Shown here piece by piece: positions 25,144 to 44,527 of a stretch of DNA of 64,000 nt. The translations under genes were made by a program, and so were the position numbers. How positions within the stretch are numbered: the first letter of the stretch is position 1; each line of letters starts with the position of its first letter. Source of the stretch: the human T2T-CHM13v2.0 reference genome, Homo sapiens; assembly GCF_009914755.1 (NCBI RefSeq), contig NC_060931.1; one strand, written 5' to 3'. Under the pieces are notes generated by a model. That model saw only the letters and a list, made by a program, of their open reading frames with translations, searched no databases and was not told where the DNA came from.

Positions 25144-26531
25144 TGATATGGTTTGGATCTGTGCCCCCACCAGATCTCATATTCAGTTGTAATCCCCAAT
25201 GCTGGAGGTGGGACCTGGTAGGAGCTGATTGGATTATGGGGGCAGATTTCTCTCTTGGTGCTGTCCTAACCATAATGAGTAAGTGCTGGTGAGATCTGCT
25301 TGTCTAAAAGTGTGTAGCTGGCCAGGATTACACGCCTGTAATCCCAACACTTTGGGAAGCCAAGGTGGGTGGATCATGAGGTCAGGAGTTCGAGACCAGC
25401 CTGACCAACTTGGCAAAATGTCACCTCTACTAAAAATACAAAAATTAGCTGGGCGTGGTGGTGCATGCCTGTAATCCCAGCTACTCAGGAGGCTGAGGCA
25501 GGAGAATCACTTGAACCCAGGAGGTAGAGGTTGTGGTGAGCCAAGATCACGCCACTGCATTCCAGCCTGGGTGACAGAGTAAGACTCCATCTCAAAAAAA
25601 AAAAAAAAAAAGTGCATAGCACCTCCCCACTCACTGTCTCCCTCCTGCTCCAGCCATGTAAGATACTTTGATCCTCATTCACCTTCCACCATGATTGGAA
25701 GCTTACTGAGGCCTCCCCAGAAGCAGAAGCTGCTGTGTTTCCTGTATAGCTTATAGAACCATGATCCAATTAAACCTCTTTTCTTTATGAATTAGCCAAT
25801 CTCAGGCATTTCCTTTGTTTTAACTTTTATTTTAGGTTCAAGGGCACAAGTGAAGGTTTGTTGCATAGGTAAACTCGCGTCATCAGGGTTTGTTGTATAG
25901 ATTATTTCATCAACCAGGTATTAAGCCCATACCCAATTGTTATTTCTCTGCTCCTCTCCCTCCTCCTGCCCTCCACCCTCAAGTAGACTCCAGTGTGTGT
26001 TGTTCCCTTCTTTGTGTTCATGAGTTCTCATCATTTAGCTCCCACTTATAAGTGAGAACTTGCAGTATTTGGTCTTCTGTTCCTGCATTAGTTTGCTGAG
26101 AATAATAGCCTCCAGCTTCATCCATGTTCTCGCAAAAGACATTATCTCATTCTTTTTTTGTGGCTGCATAGTATTCCATGGTGTATATGTACCACATTTT
26201 CTTTATCTGGTTGTCACTGATGGACATTTAGGTTGATTCCCTGTCTTTGCTATGGTGAATGGTTCTGCAATGAACATTCATGTGCATGTGTCTTTATGAT
26301 ACAATGATTTATATTTCTCTGGTTATATACCCAGTAATGAGATTGCTGAGTTGAATGGTAGTGCTGCTTTTAGCTCTTTGAGGAATCACCATACTGCTTT
26401 CCACAATGGTTGGACTAATTTACGCTTCCACCAACAGTATATAAGTGTTCCCTTTTCTCTGCAACCTTGTCAGCATGTGTTATTTTTTGACTTTCAGATA
26501 TTTCTTTACAGCAGTGTGAGAACGGACTGAC
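25144..26531 (+). mobile_element. MSTA-type MaLR LTR with nested AluS (25320-25610) and L1PA
   Basis: TGATATGGTTTGGATCTGTG start; CCAATTAAACCTCTTTTCTTTAT; ends GCAGTGTGAGAACGGACT. Confidence 0.85.
25813..26493 (-). mobile_element. Older L1PA (L1PA15/16-like) 3' fragment
   Basis: CATTTAGCTCCCACTTATAAGTGAGAAC etc.; degenerate TSD TCAGGCATTTCCTT/TCAGATATTTCTTT. Confidence 0.85.
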
Positions 26532-26699
26532 AGAGGTAGCACCCACCCAAAATTCATGTCCACCTGGAAGCTCAGGGTGTGACCTTATTCAGAAATAGGT
26601 TCTTTCCCACTTTGAACCAGCTTTATGTCTGCAGGGTAGCAGAAAAGGCACAACTGGGGCTCAGCTTTTAGAGCTAGGAGGACTGTGAGTTTCCACGTC

Positions 26700-26978
26700 T
26701 TCCCTCTTAGATTCTAAATTTTTGGAAGCTATGAGCCATCATCTAAAAAGTCCAGGTGCTCTCCAGGAAGACCACATAGAGAAGTGAGATCTTGGCACTA
26801 CAGTGAGCAGTCTATGGATGACACTAGCCCAACCACTATTTAACTAGAACACACGAAAAGCTTTAGTGGGACCAGAAGAACTGCCTTGCTGAGCCCAGCC
26901 AACCCACAGGACTATGAGAGATCATAATATGGCTCTTTGGAGGTAGTTTTGCTACACGGCAATTGGTAAGTGAAATAG
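26700..26978 (+). mobile_element. Old MLT1 (F/G/H-like) LTR fragment
   Basis: GAACTGCCTTGCTGAGCCCAGCCAACCCACAGG ... GTAGTTTTGCTACACGGCAAT. Confidence 0.55.
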
Positions 26979-28614
26979 CAGTAGCTCATGCTTTACCTCC
27001 CTGAGGGCTGAAATCTGCAAAATGGCCTAATGTGGAATGTCAACAGGAGATGATCTTGAGAAACGTGTGTTTAAGTGACTGCCATGATATGGCACGAGTG
27101 TAGGAGGCTCTTTTGGGAGGCTCCCCTTTCTAACCATCTCTAGTTTACTTTTTCTTCTGTAATATTTGGAACTAAGAATTGTGGAACTGTTGGAAGCAGC
27201 ACAGCCCAAAGAGGTCACAATATTGGGGGTTCCAGGGCAACCCTTGCAACACAGTGCATCCCCTTCTGATGAGAGTCTACAGGAACACAGGGCTGCATCA
27301 GAACAACAGTGAGCCTTCTCCGAGGAGGGGTAGCTCCCTGGTTAGAGCCAGTGATCTCACAGAGAGACCACTTAGCCCAATCACCTGGATCCAGGCCCCC
27401 TCCAGGCCACAGAGAAGGGCCTAGACCCCACACTTAGCCTTGGAAGATAGGGAAGGAAAGGCTCCAGGCAGGGACAATGCTGGCCCCTGCAATGAGGGGA
27501 AACTATCCCCCAATACCAAGAATCTTCTCCTGGGAGAATCAGACAGCCCTGAAGCTCCATGGTCTAGCCCAGCCTTCTAGTATAGTAGAGGCCCACAGAA
27601 GGCACAGTCCTGCCCAATTTGCACAGCAAGACAACCATATGGCCTGGCCTGTTCCTAGGTCCTGGGTCCCCATCCAGGGCTCCTCCTGCATCCTAACATC
27701 CATGCTGAGCTTGTCCTTGTCCAGGCAAGTAGGATAGTCCAGGGTAGAACCTGGGCGGGCTCTAGAGAGAGGGGCAGGAGAGCCACCCCTACTCAGCATC
27801 CCTGTCCCCTCTGGCTGCAGGCACAGCTGGACGCAGTCTGACTGGCTGTCATGGTTGTCATCTGCCCTGGCAACAAGCCAAGGCTGTTGTTGCGAGTGCT
27901 ATTACCATGGAAACCCTGAGTCAGGGCCGCGCTTAGCAGAGCCAAGCATGCCAGGGGCTCTCGGGGCCTCTCTTCTGCCAACGGGGAAGGTGATGTAAGG
28001 CAGGCAGCATCTCCCTGGGACTCATTAAGAGAGGGGAGTGTGTGGGTGGCAGGGAGGGAGTAGAATGGGGGTGGGGTGGGAGGAAAGGGGAGGAGGAAGT
28101 GAGAGTAATGACATGGCTCGGGGAACAGCTTAGGGCTGCCAAGCCCAGACCACAAGAGCCAAGGGATCTCCCCTGCTAAGCAGCCAAATTTGAGCCAAAC
28201 CAAGTTTGGTCTTTGGAGTCAGTTCCTGAACCCAAAAGACCAAACTTCCCAGGAGACCAGAGCCCCAAGCTGGGCCCCACAGATGTTACCTTTTGGTGAT
28301 AGTGGGAGATCATGGAGCCTCTGGATCTGGGCTGCAGCCTGGGAGGCCACCCAGCACAGCTTTATTCATCCCAGCACTCAAGGGAGATTTGGGGACTTGG
28401 TCAGGGTCACACAGTGGGTCCATATGGAGGCCAGGAAGGCAAGAGGTGGAGACCCTTTCCTAGTCAATGAGCTTCCTCCCAGCTCACTGTCATCCATTGG
28501 CTGGGCAGGCAAGGTTGGATAAGAGCCCCTGATGTGGCCTGAGCCCAGCAGAGAACAATCCCACCCCCAGGTCTTCTTGCAGATTGAGTGAGTTGCTGGT
28601 TTCACAGCATGTGG

Positions 28615-28674
28615 ACAGTCAGGTTCCCAGGCTAGCTCATGCAAACAGTCAGGTTCCCAGGCTAGCCCATGCAA
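28615..28674. repeat. 30-bp tandem duplication
   Basis: ACAGTCAGGTTCCCAGGCTAGC(T/C)CATGCAA x2. Confidence 0.95.
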
Positions 28675-28745
28675 ACTTCGTTACCACATCCTGTGGGGTT
28701 CCCTTCTGCACAGAGTCTGACTTTCCTTGAAAATTGAGAGGCTCA

Positions 28746-29327
<582 letters not shown>

Positions 29328-30264
29328 TTACCTGCTGCACATACCTCATTCAGCCCTCAAACAGTCCTCGGAGGCAGATATCATGTCCTAAGCGGTCCCA
29401 TTTTGTACAATAGAAAACAGCCTTTGGGAGACAAGGTGCCTTGCAAAGGCCACACAGAAGGGAAAACTGGGCTCTGAACTGAGGATATTTTGAGATTGCC
29501 GAACAGCCTCATTGGCCACTCTTCCACTGAGCACAGGACAGGTGGTGGAGTCATCTTGGGGAAGCCCTGATGCCTGCCCTCACAGATCCGGCATGGGGGC
29601 AGCTGCTGGAGACGATGCTGCCTCAGTGATCCCAGGCCAACCCCTTCTCTCCGCCACGCAATTCCTGAGGTCTGGAGTTGGGGAAGGAGCGAGGGCCATG
29701 AAAACTGGGGACAGGGGCAGCTGTGTCCTCACTTTAAGATAGAGCCATGCAGCTGGTCCTTCATGCTGGCTTGCTAGCAAGCAACAAAAAGTTGGATGAA
29801 ACATTCATATTGCCGAGATATGACAATGTCTCTGAACATGACATGCTGCTCCCCTGGTAGCATAGTTAACACTGGTCTTCCAACATCCCAAGCAAGAAGA
29901 ACAAAGCGCCACTCACTGGGAGATGGTTGGAAGGAGAGTGGATTCTAACCTGCTCACCCTCGTGGCTGGGGGTTGTGGTCTTTGATGGAGGAATTAATAA
30001 ACCCAGAGCCACATCTGTCAAGAACTCAGTGGCTTCAGTAGCTCTTCCCTGGAGCTGTGGAGGCCACCCCTGGGCCTGGGGGACCCATTCATTCCAATGC
30101 TGGGGTCCTGGAATCAGAATCTTCTTGGGAGGCGCAAGCCCCCCTCCTCCCCTCTGCCACAGACCCATCCCACAGGTCTGGGCCCCAGCACCAGCTGGTC
30201 TTCAAAGTCACATGAGTCTGAGCCACATGGAATTACAAATGAGCTAAAAAGATGAGCTGATTTC

Positions 30265-31079
<815 letters not shown>

Positions 31080-31899
31080 TAATAGCTAAGACTTTTTCAG
31101 CACCTCCTCCAAGAACCAATTTTGGCCCCTTGGGGTAATGTCACCTCCATTGAGAATATGTGGTCTAGTCAATGCATGGGGTTGCATCTTGGGGGGAGGC
31201 CACCAGCCATTGCTCATTTGATGCTCCATGATGGGCCCCTGGGCTGAGCACTGAAACCAGAACCTTCTTTTTCATTCATTTTTTCTCACCCTGTCCTATG
31301 GTGCTCACCAGAACTTCTTATGCACAGTCCATGCTCCAAGGAGCTCATGCCAGTGAAGGCAGCAGACAGAGAAAGGGAGAACTAAGAGAAAGGAAGATGA
31401 GGCAGCCCTAAGTCTGCTGCTGCCTGAAAGGGAGCAGCGAGGCATCTTTCAGAAAGCAGCCTGGCTGGTCCCCAGAATGTGACCCAAATACTGGGAACTA
31501 TTGGGGCACAGAGCAAACCACATCTCTTGGAAGCTGACTCATGGGAGGAAGATGGGAAACATCTCCAGGTGGTTCACAAGCATTATCTTTTCCCACAGAC
31601 CCAATACTCATGTTTACTATCTGGGACCCCCTTTCCTGGAATGGAGCCTCCTGGCAAGCTGAATGAATGATCAAAGGAGGCAGGGGGAGTTGGAATCAGA
31701 GGGGAGAGAGATGTGTCATCCTGGCCAGTTGTGCTGGGCCAGTCCCCAGAGGAAAAGAGTTTTGTAGTAGCCAAGCCACAGACAGGACTGGACAGGGCCG
31801 AACATGCACCCCCAGCTCATGTCTGAGGTTCCATCTTCGTGGCCATGCACTTGTACTTCCTTCAGATGGATGAAGCTTCATGGCAGATGCTGCCGGAAT

Positions 31900-32533
31900 C
31901 ACATTCATATTCCCTTTGGCCTTACCACTTCCATGCAGGCCACTGGGCTTCCAACTGCCAGCCTGCATACCTTGTGGCCTGATGGCTTTCTCTGACCACC
32001 AGTGCCTGCTTGCCTGTGCTTGAACACATGACTGCCCAAAAGCCCTCAAGGGGTGTTGGAGTATCAGTTGCAATTGGGACACAGGCCAAGTCCTGAGAGT
32101 AAGCATTTCCAAGGGGGACAAGAGGGATTTTCCTGGTTTGCTCCCCTAAGAACTATTCCTTGCTTTTATGTCCTCTCCATGATGACTCTAACAAATCCTG
32201 ATTCAGGTTTATATATTGTTTTTGTTTGTTTGTTTTTTTGTCCTCAATCAATGCTGGCTGAGACTGTTGGAGTATCAGTACCCCAGCTCCCTCACCCCTG
32301 GAGTAGATAACTCTGAAGTGTGTGTCTATGCTGTCTCCCAGAGCTTCCTGGCAGCTTTGAGCTCCAGCTGCCCATAGCAGTAACTTCCTTGATAATTTGC
32401 TCTTTATTGGCTGCTTTCTATGTCCAGCCTCACTCCATCCCCCCTCTTCCTGGAGAAGGCCACCTCCAAATAAACTATGTGCCTCTGACTCCTTGTCTCA
32501 GGGTCTACTTCTTGGGCAACCCAAACTGAGATA
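31900..32533 (+). mobile_element. LTR16-family (ERVL) LTR carrying a templated insertion
   Basis: TACCCCAGCTCCCTCACCCCTGG..GATAACTCTGA ... CAAATAAACTA ... GGGTCTACTTCTTGGGCAACCCAAACTGAGA; left boundary approximate. Confidence 0.65.
32068..32241 (-). repeat. Inverted duplicate of 34500-34672
   Basis: Hand alignment: ~14 mismatches plus 1 indel over ~173 bp. Confidence 0.95.
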
Positions 32534-32552
32534 AGCTCTCATCCTCCTCTGA

Positions 32553-35660
<3,108 letters not shown>

Positions 35661-36647
35661 AAAACATCACTTGGGTTGTTGAATGTGCTCAAGCACCATA
35701 CCCCACAGCTGTCCACAGCAGTGACTGCTCAGGGCTGGTGCCACAGAGAGCCTGGGCTGGGGGAAGCACTCAACCCGTTTGGGTCACTGCGGCTATTAAT
35801 GCTATTGTTGCTGTGCTGGACTCCCTTCCCTGCAGAGACCACATCTGAACGCAGATCTCTGCCCCATCCTGGGAAGATGTAAGATGCTGAGAGGCAAATC
35901 ATCTCCATGGCAACCAAACCCACCCCCCAGAGAGGGGGGTCAGTGAATTCCAGCTTTACAGGCCGCAGGAGAACAGCTGAAACCCACAGGCTGGAGAAAC
36001 TGGGACACAGGCCAAAAACGTGGCTTGTGGCACCAAATGGATCACAAGCTCCCTAGGCCCCTGGGGAGCAGCCAGAGCCAGAGAAAGCTGGGAAAATAGG
36101 CCAAAGCGTACGCATCCCATCTGTACACCCTCTGCCTCCTCTCCCACTTCCCAATGCACCACAAAAGGCTCTTGCAAGGACCAGAAGCCTAAGGAGGTCT
36201 TAGGCTTTGTGTGAAAACAGCTGTAAGCTGTGGGAGCCAGGAGCAGACAAGAGGATCCCAGAGAGCTGTGGGGGATGCCGTCTCCAGGGTGGAGAAAGAA
36301 AGAAAGAAAGGAATCCTTGCCTCCTGGGTGGCTTTTCTGCAGACGTGAATGCCTATCTCTGCTAACCAGGGGTGACTGACCACCAGCATCCGTAACAATG
36401 CGGAACAGATTATAGTGTATGGAGCTCTGCCTCCAGGCAGGAAAATATAGAGAAACTGAGGCTCAGAAAGGAAACCAGGTGGCTTCAATGTCACCCAACA
36501 AGGCAGGGCAGAGCTGGAGGCAGATTCAGCTGTCCTAACTTCCAGACCAGCCTACTGTTACTTTTCCAGTGAAATCATCTAGTGAGATTTTCTTAAATCC
36601 CCCTGCCCAGGTCTCACCCAACACCAAAGAAATCAGAGTGTCTGGCA

Positions 36648-38908
36648 GTGGTGGTGGTGGTGTGGTGGTGGGTGGTGGTGGTGGCTGGTGGTGGTGGGTG
36701 GTGGAGGTGGTGGTGGTTGGCGGAGGTGGTGGAGGTGGCGGTGGTGGTGGTTGTTGGTAGTGGTGATGGTGGTAGTGGTGGTGGTGGTGGTGGTTGGTAG
36801 TGGTGATAGTGGTGGTGGTGGTGACGGTGATGGTGGTAGTGGTGGTGGTTGATAGTGGTGATAGTGGTAATGGTGGTGGTGGTGGTAGTGGTTGGTAGTG
36901 GTTGGTAGTGGTGATGGTGGTGGTGATGGTGGTGGTGGTGGTGGTGATGGTGATGGTGGTGGTGGTGGTGGTAGTGGTGGTGGTGATGGTGGTGGTGGTG
37001 GTAGTAGTGGTGGTGATGGTGGTGGTGGTGGTGGTAGTGGTGGTGGTTGGTAGTGGTGATGGTGGTAGTGGTGGTGGTTGGTAGTGGTGATAGTGGTGAT
37101 GGTGGTAGTGGTGGTGGTTGGTAGTGGTGATAGTGGTAATGGTGGTGGTGGTGGTAGTGGTTGGTAGTGGTGATGGTGGTGGTGATGGTAGTGGGTGGTG
37201 GTGGTGGTGGTGGTGATGGTGGTGGTGGTGGTGGTGATGGTGATGGTGGTGGTGGTGGTGATAGTGGTGGTGATGGTGGTGGTGGTGATGGTAGTGGTGG
37301 TGATGGTTGGTGGTGGTGGTGGTGGTGGTGGTAGTGGTGGTGGTTGGTAGTGGTGATAGTGGTAATGGTGGTGGTGGTGGTAGTGGTTGGTAGTGGTTGG
37401 TAGTGGTGATGGTGGTGGTGGTGGTGGTGATGGTGGTGGTGGTAGTGGTGGTGGTGATGGTGGTGGTGGTGGTAGTGGTGGCGGTGGTAGTGGTGGTGAT
37501 GGTTGTTGTTGTTGGTGGTGGTGGTAGTGGTGGTGGTTGGTAGTGGTGATGGTGATGGTGGTAGCGGTGGTGGTTGGTAGTTGTGATAGTGGTGATGGTG
37601 ATGGTGGTAGTGGTGGTGGTTGGTAGTGGTGATAGTGGTAATGGTGGTGGTGGTGGTAGTGGTTGGTAGTGGTGATGGTGGTGGTGATGGTAGTGGTTGG
37701 TGGTGGTGGTGGTGATGGTTGGTGGTGGTGGTGGTGGTGGTGGTGGTAGTGATGGTGATGGTGGTGGTGGTGGTGGTGGTAGTGATGGTGATGGTGGTGG
37801 TGGTGGTGGTGGTGGTAGTGGTGGTGGTTGGTAGTGGTGATAGTGGTAATGGTGGTGGTAGTCGTTGGTAGTGGTTGGTAGTGGTGATGGTGGTGGTGAT
37901 GGTAGTGGTTGGTGGTGGTGGTGGTGGTGGTGGTAATGGTGGTGGTGGTGGTGATGGTGGTGGTGGTGGTGGTGATGGTGATGGTGGTGGTGGTGGTAGT
38001 GGTGGTGGTGATGGTGGTGGTGGTGGTAGTGGTGGTGATGGTTGGTGGTGGTGGTGGTGGTGGTGGTGATGGTTGGTGGTGGTGGTGGTGGTGGTGGTAG
38101 TGATGGTGATGGTTGGTGGTGGTGGTGGTGGTGGTGGTAGTGGTGGTGGTTGGTAGTGGTGATGATGATGGTGGTAGTGGTGGTGGTTGGTAGTGGTGAT
38201 AGTGGTAATGGTGGTGGTAGTGGTTGGCAATGGTTGGTAGTGGTGATGGTGGTGGTGATGGTAGTGGTTGGTGGTGGTGGTGGTGATGGTGGTGGTGGTG
38301 GTGGTGGTTGGTAGTGGTGGTGGTGGTGGCAGGTGGTGGTAGTGGTGATGGTTGGTAGTGGTGGAGGTGGTGATGGTGGTTGGTAGTAGTGGTGGTGGTG
38401 GTGGCAGCAGTGGTAGTGGTGGTGGTGGGTGGTGGAGGTGGTGGTTGTGGTGGGTGGTGGTAGTGGTGGTGGTTGGTAATGGTAGTGGTGGTGGTTGGTA
38501 CTGGTGGTGGTGGTTCATGGTGGTGGTTGGTGGTGGTGGTGGTTGTTGGTGGAGGTGTTTGGTACTGGTGGTGGTTGGGGGTGGTAGTGGTTGGGGGTGG
38601 TGGTGGTGATGGTTGTTGGTGGTGGTTGGTAATGGTGGTGGTGGTGATGGTTGTTGGTGGTGGTGATGGTTGGTAGTGGTGGAGGTGGTGGTGGTTGGTA
38701 ATAGTAGTGGAGGTGGTGGTGGTTGGGGGTGGTGGTGGTTGGGGGTGGTGGTGGTGGTTGGTAATGGTGGTGGTGGTTGTTGGGGGTGGTGGTGGTTGGT
38801 ACTGGTGGTGGTGGTTGTTGGTGGTGGTTGGTGGTGGTGGTGGTGATGGCTGGTAGTGGTGGAGGTGGTGGTGGTGGTGGTTGGTAATGGTGGTGTTGGT
38901 GGTGGTGG
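36648..38908. repeat. 2.26-kb imperfect (GGT)n tract with GAT/AGT/TTG interruptions
   Basis: Direct reading; gives rise to the 767- and 783-aa low-complexity minus-strand ORFs. Confidence 0.98.
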
Positions 38909-39035
38909 CTGCAGCACTGAGGTTTTGGCGAAGTCCAGGGGATTCTGCTGGGCAGTCAGGGCTGCTGTGCTGCCTCCTGGTCATTGCTGACCCACTCCCT
39001 GGCCAGCTTGATTTATCTGCTTCAAAAATTCCTGA

Positions 39036-40045
<1,010 letters not shown>

Positions 40046-40390
40046 ATGTATGTATGTGTGTGTGTATATATATAGCCTATATATGTATATATGTTTGTAT
40101 GTATGTATATGCATACCTGTATAGGCTATATATATATATATAGTATACATATACACAGGGCCTCCCAAATGCCCTGTCTTTCATTGCCTATATATATGTA
40201 TAGGCAGTGATATAGACATTGTATATATCATGTACATATATCAATGTATATATCATTGTATGTATCATGTATATATCAATTATATATCATATATAGGCTT
40301 AATGAATCTTAGTCAGTATGACACGTTTGTCTGTATATATATATAAAATATATAAAATATATATATTGAATGATTGATATTCATTAAGCC
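40046..40390. repeat. (TA/TG)-rich low-complexity region with inverted repeats
   Basis: Direct reading. Confidence 0.9.
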
Positions 40391-41246
40391 AAAAAAATGG
40401 AGAAAGGAGGAAATTGCATCCAGTTTTAGCTACACTGGTGAAATACAAATATGTAATTTATGAACCTTCTCCCTGCAACCTTGTCTCTACCAATCACTTG
40501 CTTGGCAGACTGTCTCTTCATAGAGGGTTCCAAGGTCAAATCTAAATGATCCATTTTCAATGAGTGGAGAGAATATCCAATGTTGCCCTTCTGAGCAGCC
40601 TTTGCCAAGTCACCTCCTGCTCAACCCAGATCCCCCTGTAGGTTTCATCTCTCTGCTCTGTGCTGCCCAGGTCCCCTCCTGGCTGTACTCCTCATCCTGG
40701 GTCCTGAGTTCCCAGGCCCAGAGTATCTGAGTTCGTGTCACCTCTTCCTCCCACCCTTGGCTGTGAACTCCACGTCTAACTCATCCTCAAAACCAGAGTC
40801 CCCAGCATGCATTCCTGGAGGATGGATGAATACTGTAGCTTGCCTGAGCCAGCAGCAGTTATGAGAATGACAATCAGATGAACTTGAGAAATGAATGTGA
40901 CAGGCTGAGACATCGCTACTGAGAGCTTTGATTCATTGTGACGTTCATTCATCCTGACCATCTTACATCACAGTTGAAGAAGCTTTGAAACCCTCTGCCT
41001 TTGGGAGAAGCGAAGCCCTGTGGACATTTGCACTCGGAAAAGTTGTTTGTAGTGACCTTCATTTTAGGAAAAATTTCCACCACTATTCTTTATCCTAATT
41101 TACACAAAATGTGTATGGGTCTTCAAAAGACAGTAAACAGCCACAATGCCACCCAACACCACAGATTTCTATGCTATGACTCAAAGGATGTATAAATTCC
41201 TGAAGGCAGCAACAGGGCTCCTATCATCAAAACAAACTTATTCCAG

Positions 41247-41655
<409 letters not shown>

Positions 41656-42393
41656 TCAGCATACACACAGACACCCATCCTTCTTCAGAGCTGCCTGGGA
41701 TCTGATGAATCTCCACGTGCAATAAACTTCGTGTGCTACTTGGGGGACACAGTGCAGACAGCAGCCACTGAAGGGGACTCCATGATGGTGCAAGAGGCTC
41801 CACTGTCCAGGACATTTGCAAACATAGTGCATGACCCAGGCCTGCCTTCTGTGGAAGAAGGAGGCATGGAGGAGGATGAAGAGAGCATGGAGGGGCTGGA
41901 TTGTAATATGGAAAGCCCAGCTGGGATCAACGTTGCACTGGGAGCTTTTTGAAAACAGATGGCGTCTTCCATATTGGTGCTGGAGATCCTCTTGGACCTG
42001 CCTCGGAGCTGTCACCTGATGGTGGTGATGGTTGTGGCTCTGAAGTCCACAATGGAACCCTCACCCTCTCGCCTCGCTGTGTCCATCAGTCCTGTGTCTT
42101 TTCCCCAAGTGTCTGTCTTGGAATGTGTGGCCCAGCCAGGAACATGGGGGACAAGTTTGTCCCCAGACAAGTTTGAGTCCAACTCAGGACAAATTTGTCA
42201 AGTGGAATCAGCTCTCACAGATACAGATTTGCCCCTCCTTTGCACTAGGCAGGCCCACTCTTGTCTCATTCCTGGTTTGGTTACCACTAGTAGATGCTGT
42301 GGGTGCAAAGCTAGGTCTCTGTTCTACCCAGGTCGGAGGCAGACTGGGACAACCTACACCTCCCTTGGCCCATCTGGTCCAAAAAGATATGGA

Positions 42394-42690
<297 letters not shown>

Positions 42691-42691
42691 A

Positions 42692-42696
42692 GATAC

Positions 42697-42742
<46 letters not shown>

Positions 42743-43018
42743 GACAGATATTAGATAGATAGATAGATAGGTAGAAAACAGGCAGGCAGGCAGAAAGACA
42801 GATGATAGATAGATAGATACATAGATAGATAGATAAGGCAGGCAGACAGATGATAGATGATAGATAGATAAATAGATAAGATGGGCAGGCAGAAAGATAG
42901 ATGATAGATAGAGACAGATGATAGATGATAGATAGATAATAGACAGAGACAGAGATAGATGATAGATAGAGACAGACAGAGATAGATAGATAGATGATAG
43001 AGACAGACAGAGATAGAT

Positions 43019-43056
<38 letters not shown>

Positions 43057-43066
43057 TAGATAGATA
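42692..43066. repeat. Compound (GATA/GACA/GGCA)n microsatellite
   Basis: Direct reading; begins at the 3' TSD of the adjacent AluJ. Confidence 0.95.
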
Positions 43067-44527
43067 GGAGATGGAAGATCAGAGGATTGGGAGAGGTTAA
43101 CAGAACAGGTCTCAGCCATGAGGACCTTTGCTCCAAGGTGGGATTGAAGGAATGAAAGGCCGGGGTGGGGATGTTCTATCCTGATCTCATAAAACAAGGC
43201 AATGTGAACAATCCCCAGCTGCCACTGGACCTATTAAAGACCTAATTTCCATTCACCTATAACTTTATTAGGCTCATCTAAGCTATTCATCAGAGAAGCC
43301 TGTCTTGAAAACGGTGTACAGTGGCCCTTATTAAAATGTCTTCTCAGCAGGCAAATGCGTTAGGTTTTATGGCCCCATGCACAGATGTGCCTACACAATG
43401 GCAAAGAGCCTCCTCATCACCGCTCAGGCCCAATAGAGGTTGCAGGTGAGACACTGGGATGCCTGATGTCAAAGATGCCCATTCTCATTCATAAGCCCCA
43501 GAGTCTAGAGTTGATCCTTGCCATATCCCCATGAGTTTGGGTAAAATTTTCCATCCCAGAGTGCTACTGGCTGACTCTCTTGCAGTGCCAGCCCCCCCAA
43601 TTCCCGGCTGCCCTGCCCTTCAGCCTCGTGCTGAAGCCAATGTGTATTTTTGGAAACCAGTCCCTGGGTACAGCCTGGAGAGTCTGGATAAGGGGTGGCC
43701 AGGCTGCCGGAATATTATGACAGGCGGCTCTGGGAGCACAGGGCTTGGCAGTTGGTGAAAAGTATAAATGAGAAGAGAACAAGAGGCCAGACACAGTGAG
43801 AGTTGCTAAGCAGCCAAGAGTCCCAGAGAAGAGAGTCTGTGCCTCTCACCAGGCACAGAGAGAGGTAGGAAACATCCCTGACTTACCCATGAGTTTGCAT
43901 GTCTTCTCTGCCATGGATAGAAGGCCCTCGTGGAGACCAGTGGAAACAGAGATCAAAGTGAATCTCCCGGGATTGGAGCTGGCTACACAGCTTTGCTGAG
44001 GAGCAAGTTACTTAGCCTCTCTGAGCCTCAGTCTCCTCATTTGTACAATGAAGTCCCCACCCTCCATGATGCTGGGTTATTGACAGGGTGAACAAAGCAT
44101 TCCTCAAGGGGCCTGGTACATGGTGGGAACAGAACTCACATTGGCTTTAGTATTAGAATTAACATAGTCTCCCACGATGGCCAAATGTTAGGGCTTGTAG
44201 AGTTGCCAATGGTTCCACACCACACTCAACTGGAGTAAAAAGAATGAGACATCAACTCTTCCAAGCTCATTCCTACCGAGCTCCTATTCACCAAACAAAC
44301 CAGGAGTTCTGTTCCATCCCAACTGTCTTGGGTTTCACATTTGTCTGCCTGTCCCAGGAAGAATTTTCAAATAATGAACTGTTGTTGACAATAATTGCAA
44401 TGTTGCAAAAAAGAATATAATAAAACCCCACACATCTGGAAATAATAGTAGTAACCTGTCTCCTGGGTCATTGTAAGGATTAAATGAATCAAATCTCATT
44501 TAAAGACCTAGAGCCGAATGGAGTCAG

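Noticed and set aside
36684-36691. Chi-like GCTGGTGG
   Set aside because: One substitution away from the surrounding GGT repeat; expected by chance.
36614-38984. 767- and 783-aa ORFs (mucin/extensin-like Pro/Thr/His)
   Set aside because: Overlapping frames of a (ACC)n repeat that cannot form stop codons; no unique domain, splice context or promoter.
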